A stretch of DNA of 64,000 nt from an uncultured Weeksellaceae bacterium (GTDB lineage: Bacteria > Bacteroidota > Bacteroidia > Flavobacteriales_D > UBA2798). Of the stretch, positions 36,929-46,144 are shown in pieces; the first letter of the stretch is position 1, and every line of letters begins with the position of its first letter. A program made the position numbers and the translations under genes. The stretch spans positions 95,644 to 159,643 of the forward strand of contig CAYWRZ010000005.1 in NCBI GenBank assembly GCA_964460845.1, written 5' to 3'. Below the pieces are notes generated by a model. That model was not told the DNA's origin, made no database searches, and saw only the letters and a list, made by a program, of their open reading frames with translations.

Positions 36929-38698
36929 TTAAAATTTTTGTTGTCTTATTCTCGTAACAACGGTTTTATAATTTTCTTCATCAGTTGGGTGTTCGTGTTG
37001 CCATTTTTCAACAAGTTTTGGGTCATCACTTGTTGGTCTTGGAACATTAAGTTTAAGTCTTACTCTTGATGGAATTTTAATTGCTTCTCCAACAATTATG
37101 GCTTCACCTGTCCGTAATGACGGAAGTAGGTCAATTAAACTGTTTAAGTTGTCGGGGGCTGAGGATTTAACTATTGATTGGTCGCCTGAATTAGTTAGTC
37201 GTAATGCAATAAAAGTTCCCACTTGAGCTAAAATAGTTTCTGAAATTTCTGATGGTCTTTGGGAAATAACTAAAGCTCCTAAACCAAACTTTCTTCCTTC
37301 TTTGAATACCCTTTCTACCGCTGCCTTTGAATAACTGTTATTGTCATTTTTGTTAAGATAGTTGTGTGCTTCTTCATAAGCCAAAAGGAGTGGTCTATTC
37401 TTACCAGTATATGGTTCATTCCGACCCCAAAACATACTATCATAAACAAATCTTGTTATCAATCCAACTGTAATATCAAGGACTTCAAAAGGAACTCCGC
37501 TTAAATCTAAGATTGAGAGTTTACTGTCGCTACCAATCCATTCATTTAAAAGATGATGTAAATCTTTATCTGAATCGGCATCTTTGAAGTCTCCTGGATT
37601 AAAAAGGAAATCAAATCTTGAATCTTTGAGCCTTGATAAAATTTTCTTCTCGTATGAGTAAAATTCTTGGTGCTGTGATTTATATGGTGGTTTGGTGTTA
37701 TCCGTTGATAGATGTGATTTAAATTTTGCTCCAATTAAATTTTCTGCCTCTCCATCATCTACTTTGATTGCAGTAGATAAAATTTGTTCATCCTTTTTAG
37801 TTGTATTAAAACTTGCATTTAACCACCAATTCATTTCATACCATAGTTTTCTCACGCTAAAAGGAATTGGTGAATCACTTGTAACAAAATTTGGATTAAC
37901 TATACCCGCTTTTAGATTGCAATTTTCCTTTTTGAGATTTGTAACTAATTCCCGAAATAAACGATAATCTGGTTTTTGGTCATCTGTTGGTTTTGCTCCT
38001 ACTAAAAAGTATGCAAGTTCGTCAAAGGACATCAACCAAAATGGAATGAATAATGGATTGGCAGGGTCATTAATTTTTAGAACTTTGGCTTCAGGGAAAG
38101 CTGAAGAATATTCTCCGTGAGGGTCAACAAGAATAATTCTTGAACCTTGATAACCACTCAAAATTGCTTTGAGAATACTAACTGTTGTATTAGACTTACC
38201 ACTACCTGTTGAACCCAAAATTGCACAATGTCTCAAAACCAATCTGTGCAAATCTGCATAAACGCTTAAATTTTCAGATGAGGAGTGTTTGCCAATTTCA
38301 ATAGAGCCTGCATCTTTTTTACCATAAATATCAAACAGGTCTTTTTCAATAACTATGTGAACTTCATCATTGATTGTTGGATAAGTCCCAATACCTTTTT
38401 CAAAATCATCTTCTCCAACTTTTTCGCCAACAAGTTGAACAGTTAAAAACCTTGAGCCAAAACTATATTTTAGAAGCGTTTCATCTGTTTTGCTTGGCGT
38501 ATTACTTACTGATGAAACAATACCGTAAATTGTAATATTGCCAATCGGTATTTTTACGAATGTTCCGATTTGTCCAATTTTATAAAGCCGACCATTGATA
38601 ATAGGAGCTGCTGATGGTATTTCGTTTGAAACTTCCACTTCAACTGTCCCAGAGTCAACCCGTATAATATGACCTAAATATGTTATCTCGGTTTTCAT
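36929..38698 (-). CDS. herA: HerA-like ATPase (DUF87/FtsK-HerA superfamily) of a SIR2-HerA defence system
   Basis: N-terminal HAS-barrel-like region, Walker A GSTGSGKSN, Walker B LLLAYEEAHNYL, LVISQRPSE motif. ATGA overlap with the upstream SIR2 gene. Confidence 0.9.
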   Translation of the reverse strand: MKTEITYLGHIIRVDSGTVEVEVSNEIPSAAPIINGRLYKIGQIGTFVKIPIGNITIYGIVSSVSNTPSKTDETLLKYSFGSRFLTVQLVGEKVGEDDFEKGIGTYPTINDEVHIVIEKDLFDIYGKKDAGSIEIGKHSSSENLSVYADLHRLVLRHCAILGSTGSGKSNTTVSILKAILSGYQGSRIILVDPHGEYSSAFPEAKVLKINDPANPLFIPFWLMSFDELAYFLVGAKPTDDQKPDYRLFRELVTNLKKENCNLKAGIVNPNFVTSDSPIPFSVRKLWYEMNWWLNASFNTTKKDEQILSTAIKVDDGEAENLIGAKFKSHLSTDNTKPPYKSQHQEFYSYEKKILSRLKDSRFDFLFNPGDFKDADSDKDLHHLLNEWIGSDSKLSILDLSGVPFEVLDITVGLITRFVYDSMFWGRNEPYTGKNRPLLLAYEEAHNYLNKNDNNSYSKAAVERVFKEGRKFGLGALVISQRPSEISETILAQVGTFIALRLTNSGDQSIVKSSAPDNLNSLIDLLPSLRTGEAIIVGEAIKIPSRVRLKLNVPRPTSDDPKLVEKWQHEHPTDEENYKTVVTRIRQQKF

Positions 38699-39888
38699 TT
38701 AGTAAGGTTTTCAATTGCTTCTCTTTTTCCTGAATTGGAAATTAAAAAGTTTACAAGTTCATTGAAGTCTCCAAGTTTGAATCTATTTGTTGTAGAATCC
38801 CAATAGGTTTCTGATTTTTCATTTGGCTTTAAATCATCCGCTAAATAATGCCACTCTCCCAGATTGCCGTTTACAATAGCCTTTGTTGGTCCAAAGACTA
38901 TGAGATTCATATATGAAGATGTTAGTTTGTGTAAATTCTCTACTTCAGCATCTTGGAAAAAGAAAACCAATGCAGTTAGTCTATTGTTTTGTCGTAAACA
39001 GTTGAATATTATTTCATTGATATGTTGGTCGGAGAATGAATATCCTGAAAAAATGAAAAGAAGTTCTCCACTGAGCAAATAATTTTTCAGTCTGTCGAAA
39101 TATGCTATGAAGGGTTGTTTCTTTGATGAATCGTATTTTTCTTTTGAAGGATAAATTACTAATTCATTCTTTTCATCTTCTATTTTTTCAATTTTTCCTT
39201 GTCGTATGATTTTTTGTGATTTTGTTGCTGGGTCAATTTTCCAAAACCAACTTAATGAGCCGTGAATTTTCCAAAGTCTAATCCAATTTTGAGTCAGGTC
39301 ATTTTTGGAGACAAATTGGTCAATACTTTCCTGCCAAAAGAATGGCTCAAATGAGCCAACAAATCCGTCAAAGTAGGGGATTTGGCTAGCTTCTAAAGAT
39401 TTTTCAATTATTAGGTCATAATTTGTTGTGAATATTTCTTTTGAAAAATCTCTATTTAGCATACTTAGCCAAGCAAAGAATTTTTTTGTTTGACTGATAT
39501 CAGCTAATGATTCTTTTGCGGCAATGATTTGATAAATTATTTTACATATTTCTATATCTAAGGTTTTTGCAGATTCTCCTGTGATTCCTTGATAACTTTT
39601 AGTATTGACTTCTCCAGTAATCTCTCTAATTCTTCTAATGTGATTTAGGATGTCTTCAATATTGACATTTCGATCCGTTATGATGGTTTTTAAGTCTTCC
39701 TTAATAGCTATAAAGTTGGCTTTATTCTCGTCTTTTAATTCCTCTTCAATCCCTATTGTCAATTGTTCAACATTCGGAATTTTTAATGCACAAGAAGTTC
39801 CTGCACCAAAAAAGAATCCTATGTTTTTTGAATAGGATAAATGTGTTTTCAGCTCTCTTACTTCTCTTATTAAGTTTATTTTTTCCAT
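38695..39888 (-). CDS. SIR2-family (SIR2_2-type) NAD-binding/NADase protein of a SIR2-HerA defence system
   Basis: FFFGAGTSCALKIP (GAGxS), TTNYDLIIE, KIHGS (catalytic His context), about 400 aa. Confidence 0.88.
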   Translation of the reverse strand: MEKINLIREVRELKTHLSYSKNIGFFFGAGTSCALKIPNVEQLTIGIEEELKDENKANFIAIKEDLKTIITDRNVNIEDILNHIRRIREITGEVNTKSYQGITGESAKTLDIEICKIIYQIIAAKESLADISQTKKFFAWLSMLNRDFSKEIFTTNYDLIIEKSLEASQIPYFDGFVGSFEPFFWQESIDQFVSKNDLTQNWIRLWKIHGSLSWFWKIDPATKSQKIIRQGKIEKIEDEKNELVIYPSKEKYDSSKKQPFIAYFDRLKNYLLSGELLFIFSGYSFSDQHINEIIFNCLRQNNRLTALVFFFQDAEVENLHKLTSSYMNLIVFGPTKAIVNGNLGEWHYLADDLKPNEKSETYWDSTTNRFKLGDFNELVNFLISNSGKREAIENLTK

Positions 39889-40007
39889 CTCATTCGATTT
39901 GTCAATCTGGTCTCAGGTCGTTCTTTAGGCTTGCACCCAATATTTTTTAGACTTAGCGTTCGGGAAGATTTCGGAGCACAAAGCTTCAATTTATACTAAT
40001 GACATTA

Positions 40008-40041
40008 GAAACAAAAAGCTCCGTCCCTAAAGCTTTCGGGA
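40008..40041 (-). terminator. possible intrinsic terminator of the 40088-40960 gene
   Basis: Minus strand shows near-palindrome TCCCGAAAGCTTTAGGGA followed by CGGAGCTTTTTGTTT. The U-run is offset by 5 nt, so confidence is moderate to low. Confidence 0.35.
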
Positions 40042-40087
40042 TTGTACGTTAGCCCGCATGACGCAAAACCCGTGTTATAAGCTGCCA

Positions 40088-40960
40088 TTACAAGAATCTT
40101 TTTGCTAATTGTTTTAGAATTCTGATTCCATGAATAGTAAAAGTCCCATCTTCATTTATTATTCTGAGATTAAGCATTCCTATAAGTTCTTGTTTGCTTA
40201 ATTCTTCTAAATTAATTCTGAATTTTCTACTTAAAACTGAATTCGGGTATTTCATTATTGCTTCAAAAGGCATATTCTGCTTTCTGATCAAATCAATAAG
40301 TCGCCTTATAATGCTTTCTGGAATTTCTTCTAAAATAATGTCGTCATTTTCACTTTCATGGTATAAACGATTTCTTAAAAAATTTAATTCTCGATTTTGT
40401 TTCGAAATCTCTACTTCTTTTTCCTTTAACTGTTTTCGTATTTGCTCTTTTTCATGTTGTTCCAATTGAGCCTTTTCAATCAATGAGTTTAAAATTTCGT
40501 TTCTTTCTTGAATTTCTTGCTTTAACTTTATTTTTTCCTTTTCTATTTCTTCTTTTGTCTCTTTAATGTTTTTGTCATTGAACCCATTATCGAACTTATT
40601 AACTAAACCACTATATCCTTCGTCCAAATGCCTCAGTCTTTCTCCAAAACCAGCTTCTATTCTTCCAAGAATTTCTGATATTTCTTTAGTAAATTTATAT
40701 GTGTTATCATAAAACAAGTTACTTGTATCGGTAGCTTTAAAATAAAATGCTACTGATAATGCAATTGCAAAAAGTGAAAGTAAAAGAGCAAGTAGTGCAT
40801 TGAAATCGAACTTTGAAAAATCAAATGTCCAATCTGATACTGCAAGCTTGTATATTATCAAAGCAACTATTAGAATTCCTGAAATAAGTTTAAACCAGTC
40901 AAATAATGTTGCTTTTGACGATTCCTGCTTTGATTTTTTATTTTTTTCTTCTTTTTCCAT
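40088..40960 (-). CDS. hypothetical protein: K-rich N-terminus, 2 TM helices, long coiled coil, about 90-aa C-terminal domain
   Basis: 290 aa in about 28% GC DNA. TM segments LISGILIVALIIYKLAV and LLALLLSLFAIALSVAFYF. E/K heptad region aa 130-200. Confidence 0.6.
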   Translation of the reverse strand: MEKEEKNKKSKQESSKATLFDWFKLISGILIVALIIYKLAVSDWTFDFSKFDFNALLALLLSLFAIALSVAFYFKATDTSNLFYDNTYKFTKEISEILGRIEAGFGERLRHLDEGYSGLVNKFDNGFNDKNIKETKEEIEKEKIKLKQEIQERNEILNSLIEKAQLEQHEKEQIRKQLKEKEVEISKQNRELNFLRNRLYHESENDDIILEEIPESIIRRLIDLIRKQNMPFEAIMKYPNSVLSRKFRINLEELSKQELIGMLNLRIINEDGTFTIHGIRILKQLAKRFL

Positions 40961-41354
40961 GTCTGAGGTCTAATATGGTTGCTTATAACTCTTAAATATG
41001 CGCAAAATGATTGCGTATATCCTTTCAATTTCAGAAAATAAATGCAATAAAGATACTTCACACAAGAATAATTACTTTTTTATTACGTAAAAAATCGAAA
41101 GAACTATTTTATCAAAGGAGCTTGGTTTTTCACTATTTCGCCTCACACCTCCCCTTTCACAACCTAAATATCTGAAAAATATTCATTTACAAGCCATTCC
41201 ACCTCTTCAAAACCCTCCCAGGAAGGGTTAGAAACCTGTCTCCTACTCTCCCACAGCAACCGAGCACCTACCCCATGCCTCAACATATTTCCGGAATATT
41301 TACGTAATTTTAGGGTCTCTATTTCAACTGTTCTACAGACCAAACGACAACGCT

Positions 41355-42740
41355 ATGAAAAAAGCGCTTTTATTGCTTACCACCCTATTTATGGCCAGCT
41401 TCACTTTCGGACAGGAATCAAAAGCTGAATTATTAGACAGCTTATTTACCGCACTGCACCATAAAAAAATGTTTAACGGTAACGTGCTCATCGCAGAAAA
41501 AGGAACGGTAATTTTTGAAAAAAGCTACGGCTTAGCCGATGAAGAAAAAAAACGGCCGCTCAATGCCCAAACTATTTTTGAACTGGCCTCCGTGTCCAAA
41601 CAATTTACCGCAATGGGAATTGTGCTGCTGCAAAAGCAGGGAAAGCTGAACTACGACGATCCCCTTTCGAAGTACATCCCCGAGCTGGATTTTTACGGTC
41701 CTATCAGCATCCGGAACTTGCTGATCCATACGAGCGGACTCCCCGACTACATGGAGCTTCTTGATGCGCATTGGGATAAAACAAGATTTGCTACCAACCA
41801 GGATATTGTCAACGAATTTGTAAAACACAAGCCCGAAGCGGCTTTCCAGGCGGGCGAAAAATTTGAATACAGCAACACCGGCTATGCCTTACTGGGCCTG
41901 ATTATCGAAAAAGTTTCAAAAAAATCGTTCGGAGATTTTCTGGCCGCTGCCATTTTTAAGCCGCTGAACATGAAAAACACGTTGGTGTACAGAAGCCGTT
42001 ACGCACCAAAAAAAATAAAAAACTATGCGCAAGGCTATGTAAATGACGGCCTGGGAAATAAAGTGCTTCCCAACAGTTTCGGAAAAGGATTTTACAGCTA
42101 TTACCTCGACGGAATCGTGGGCGACGGAATGGTCAACTCCACTACCGAAGATCTGCTCAAATGGGACCGTGCGCTTTACACCGACAAGCTGGTCAATACC
42201 GAAGATAAATCACTTATTTTCAACTCTGTCCGAACCAATAACGGCAAAGAAACCCGCTACGGATTCGGGTGGGTCATCGACCAAACGGAGAAATACGGGA
42301 AAATCGTGAACCACGGAGGAGGCTGGGCCGGTTATGTCACCTTTATCGAACGACACCTCGACAACGACAAAACCATTATTATTCTTCAGAACAATTCGCA
42401 CGAGCTCACCGCTTTACCCGTAAAAGACGCCAGAAAAATACTGTACGATGAACCTTTGAGTAAAGAAAATCTTAAGGCCGTTACCCTGAATGACGAAGCG
42501 CTCGACAAGTACGTGGGCACCTACACAAACGAAGAAATTCAGCTTACCATTTACATCGTGAAAAAAGACAATGTACTAATGGCTCAAGCCGAAGGGCAAA
42601 ACGCCTTTCCGTTGGATGCTTTTGAAAATCACACTTTTAAATTCGAACCTGCGCAGATTAAGATGATTTTTCATCCCGAAGCACAACGCATGGATTTCTT
42701 TCAGGACGACTTCAGTTTTACGTTCCGGAAAATCGAATAA
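41355..42740 (+). CDS. serine hydrolase, beta-lactamase (class C/PBP4*-like) family
   Basis: Signal peptide, SxxK motif (SVSKQF), YxN motif (YSNTGY), HGG near the C-terminal part of the catalytic domain. Confidence 0.85.
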   Translation: MKKALLLLTTLFMASFTFGQESKAELLDSLFTALHHKKMFNGNVLIAEKGTVIFEKSYGLADEEKKRPLNAQTIFELASVSKQFTAMGIVLLQKQGKLNYDDPLSKYIPELDFYGPISIRNLLIHTSGLPDYMELLDAHWDKTRFATNQDIVNEFVKHKPEAAFQAGEKFEYSNTGYALLGLIIEKVSKKSFGDFLAAAIFKPLNMKNTLVYRSRYAPKKIKNYAQGYVNDGLGNKVLPNSFGKGFYSYYLDGIVGDGMVNSTTEDLLKWDRALYTDKLVNTEDKSLIFNSVRTNNGKETRYGFGWVIDQTEKYGKIVNHGGGWAGYVTFIERHLDNDKTIIILQNNSHELTALPVKDARKILYDEPLSKENLKAVTLNDEALDKYVGTYTNEEIQLTIYIVKKDNVLMAQAEGQNAFPLDAFENHTFKFEPAQIKMIFHPEAQRMDFFQDDFSFTFRKIE

Positions 42741-42920
42741 AATTGTACTGTGTCCGTGCCTAAATCAGGTGTAAGCGGCACACATAAATTTAAAATCCGG
42801 AGCAAAAGTTTGCCTCTCAGGCTGTAATCAACTTATTCTGCAGCTATCGATGGCCAATACCCACTCTGATTTACAGCAAATTTCATCTCTTTCAGCCCAA
42901 TAATTGGAAAGATTTATTGT

Positions 42921-45656
42921 TTACTTATTCTTCCTCTCAGAAGCCTCAAAATCTACCTGATCATCAAGACCGGTAATTACACCGGTCATCGTATCAAATG
43001 TAGTTGTATCGACCCCTAGCTTTTGCAAAGATTCTTTTCTTGCTGCGGTGGGGTCTTCGACTGCGGATATCTCAAGTACGTGCTTTAATTCTTGCAGTAG
43101 CGCTACAAGTTGCTGCATAGTATCTTGAATCAACAAGGTAGAAGTCTCAGATAAATTCAAATCCCGAATCTTTTGAAAGATCGTTAAGGTTTCGGAAATA
43201 TCGATCCCATCGATAGAATCCAGGCTTTCATATTTTTCTCCGTACCATTCATTATTAAATTTGAAATCATTTAGTAATACTTGTAGGGTGTGTTTTTTGT
43301 CTGAGTGCTCTTCTAGCTGATCAAAATGATTTACAAGGAATTGAGTTTGGCTTATGAAATTATTTATTCCGTTCGATAATTGTGTGCCCTTATGAATATT
43401 ATCCCCTTGCCAACCCTTCTTTACAATGTCCTGATGAGCCTTCACGTCATTAAGGTATGCTTCGTAGATTTTGTGAGCGATTCCAGCATTTTCCTTTTTG
43501 TGAATCTGCAGGGCTATCCCAATATCCATGTGGTTCATATCCGGAGAAAACAGACGCTCATGATCGATTTTCAAATCTGGCGACAAGCCATGGCGAGCAC
43601 TGTTTATATTAATGGCATGTTGCTCTCCATGAAGACTCCATTCATGCGTAAGGGTCTCGATCAGGCTACCCATTGAATCCATTGATGTACCATTATGATA
43701 GTACTGAGAGTTTAATTCAATTTCTATCGTGTACTGATCAAATGCTGTTTCTGGTTTTATATATTCAGAGGCTATAACAGCTACCCCATTAGCTTTCAGA
43801 CGTGTTATACCATAACAATCGACCAAAGGTTTGAAGGAAATATTCAGGTCTATTCCATCCTGACCCTGCACAAGATCGATATTACCTAAACTGGAAACTA
43901 GTTGTGTAAGGGTTTTTCCATTGGCCAGGGGCTGTCCACTTTCATTAATTTGTCTTTGGATTGGGGCACGCCTTAATTGGGACACATGTGATTCATTTAC
44001 AGTATGCTGAACGGAAGAAAGTTGCTGAACATTTTCTGTTCCGTCCCCCTCATTTGAAATTTCCTCATCTGAACTAAAGTTCAGGTCTATATCCCACCCA
44101 TCTCCTGGCTGAGGCTGAAGCTCTGGCTCATTCTCCTTCTCTATATCTGCTTTTAGTGGTGCAATCCATTCTTCTTCCTTATCTTGTAATAACAGGTCAT
44201 ATCCTTCCACTGAAATCTTCTTTCCAGTCTTAACCGCTTCCAGCCACCTCTCAAATTCTTGTTTAAAGTCCAGCGCTCTTTTCTTATGGGTATTTGTTTC
44301 GGAGGCTAAAAATTGTAATTCATTTATTTTTCGTTTTAATTTTTTAAATAACTCTAATCTGGGTAAATAGTCGCTATCCATTTTCTCCCGGATAGCCATT
44401 ACCGTTTCATAGCGAGCTTCGAGATACCTTCTATCTTCTCGTAATTCCTCCTCGATTTCGGCATAAGAGTCTCTGAAATAATCTACGTCCTCTCGACAGA
44501 CATCTAATTGCAAGAAGTCGTATAACTGAGTTTTTCCTTTTGTAATAGCTTGAACCAGCTTATCGTAGGTAATCTTATTGGGGACATAGGTTTGCCATCC
44601 TTCTGACTCTCCTTGCAAAATACTCCTCAGCTCATCTTTTGAATTGATATACTGAAAATTCACTTTAGAATTCGGGTTTTGAACTGTAGGTACTCCCTGA
44701 CTATTTATTCTTACTGTACCTTTAGCTAAGTGAACACGAGCGCCTAATAAATCGGCAAGAGCTTGTCCTTTAGACACCAGAAATTCATCCATGAGAGTCG
44801 CTCCCGAACAAGTAATAAATACAATATCAGAATCCGGTTTCGGTGTATAATTGCGTTTTTTGAGAAAATCGAACAGTATGGAGGCTGTCCATTTAGCCAT
44901 TGTTCCACCATGCATAAAGATGGTAATCGGAGAGGTCGCTATACTTAAATCAATCTCATCTACCTTGTATTGATGAAGTGACTTACCGACAAGTTCATCG
45001 TTCATCAATTCACTATATTTTTCAGGATCCGTCTGATGAAATTCTGGTCCTTCACTTGCAATTTTATAGGTAGTCCTTTGTATTGAACTAGCTAACGTGT
45101 GTAAGGGTTGCTTTTTTCCTCCAGCCTGAGCCTGAGCTTGATCCAATCCCTTACCCAGTGCGTTTTCTCCCATTACATCGGCCTCTTTTTCCAACCCTGC
45201 ATCGTCATTTATATTCACTCCTTTATGCATCTGAACCGTAGGTTTTACCCTGCCTTCTTTCTGTTGAACCACATGCCATGCCTCATGAGGCAAGTGTTTT
45301 TCCTGTCCAGAGGCCAAATGGATATCCGTTCCCTGTGCATATGCGTGCGCTTGTAATTGAGCCGGTTTATCAGAATTGTAATGCACTTTCACATCATCCA
45401 TCGAGTAGCCCGATAGGGTTTCTATTCCTGTCTTTAAATTATCAGGCAGTCCTGTGTTATTTTCTTTTTTCTGGATGGGTTGTAGCTGTTTATTCGCATA
45501 ATTATTAGCCATTGATTGCAGCTTCCGTTGCGCAACTGCCTCAGGTCGATTATCCACAAACTGAAAATTGAACTCAGCACCTCTTTGAATCAGCGATTCT
45601 CCATTCGAAACCGATTGACTTTTATCTTCTTGTGTTTTGTCAGCGTGTGTATGCAT
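42921..45656 (-). CDS. 911-aa DUF4157 (zincin-like) domain-containing putative toxin
   Basis: LSGYSMDDVKVHYNSDKPAQLQAHAYAQGTDIHLASGQEKHLPHEAWHVVQQ matches the DUF4157 signature, including HExxH-VVQQ (HEAWH = nt 45273-45287). A long unrecognised C-terminal region follows. Confidence 0.8.
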   Translation of the reverse strand: MHTHADKTQEDKSQSVSNGESLIQRGAEFNFQFVDNRPEAVAQRKLQSMANNYANKQLQPIQKKENNTGLPDNLKTGIETLSGYSMDDVKVHYNSDKPAQLQAHAYAQGTDIHLASGQEKHLPHEAWHVVQQKEGRVKPTVQMHKGVNINDDAGLEKEADVMGENALGKGLDQAQAQAGGKKQPLHTLASSIQRTTYKIASEGPEFHQTDPEKYSELMNDELVGKSLHQYKVDEIDLSIATSPITIFMHGGTMAKWTASILFDFLKKRNYTPKPDSDIVFITCSGATLMDEFLVSKGQALADLLGARVHLAKGTVRINSQGVPTVQNPNSKVNFQYINSKDELRSILQGESEGWQTYVPNKITYDKLVQAITKGKTQLYDFLQLDVCREDVDYFRDSYAEIEEELREDRRYLEARYETVMAIREKMDSDYLPRLELFKKLKRKINELQFLASETNTHKKRALDFKQEFERWLEAVKTGKKISVEGYDLLLQDKEEEWIAPLKADIEKENEPELQPQPGDGWDIDLNFSSDEEISNEGDGTENVQQLSSVQHTVNESHVSQLRRAPIQRQINESGQPLANGKTLTQLVSSLGNIDLVQGQDGIDLNISFKPLVDCYGITRLKANGVAVIASEYIKPETAFDQYTIEIELNSQYYHNGTSMDSMGSLIETLTHEWSLHGEQHAININSARHGLSPDLKIDHERLFSPDMNHMDIGIALQIHKKENAGIAHKIYEAYLNDVKAHQDIVKKGWQGDNIHKGTQLSNGINNFISQTQFLVNHFDQLEEHSDKKHTLQVLLNDFKFNNEWYGEKYESLDSIDGIDISETLTIFQKIRDLNLSETSTLLIQDTMQQLVALLQELKHVLEISAVEDPTAARKESLQKLGVDTTTFDTMTGVITGLDDQVDFEASERKNK

Positions 45657-46144
45657 AGCTTCCCGATTTGAGGCTTCTAAAGTGTCCTATAACGCATTTA
45701 TATATAGGTAATAAAACTACAAAATATCCTGAAAACGGATTGGATTAGGATATAGCAGAAAAATTGAGAATGGCTAAAATAGCCCGTTATACTTTAAAAT
45801 CAACTGGTTTTCCGCTTATCAATCGCCAGCGAACGGAAGGCCACTTCGAGCAGAAAGAAAAAGAGCTTATCGCCAGGCCATACTTTTTTCCCATTCCAAA
45901 ATTGTATCCATACAGGTCGTATAAAAACGCCTGCTTCTCTTCCTGCCTTTTACAAAAACATGGAAATCAGCTAAAACAAGACCTTAAAACCTTTTGCTTA
46001 TCAGATTGAAATTGAAATATGCTATCCCATCTTATGTGTAAAAGCGATACCTTTTTTGGAAAAAGCACAATTACCCTTACCTTCCTGTATCGATTTCTGT
46101 GACAAAAGAGAAGCGTACATTTCCACTCTTCTTCCCATTTAATA

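Noticed and set aside
41140-41230. Candidate right-hand att repeat. The 10-mer CCTCCCCTTT is shared with sRNA-like copy B (28251-28260), and CCTCTTC is shared with the tRNA 3' end
   Set aside because: Matches of this length are expected by chance in comparisons of a few hundred nt. I found no extended direct repeat of the tRNA 3' end anywhere.
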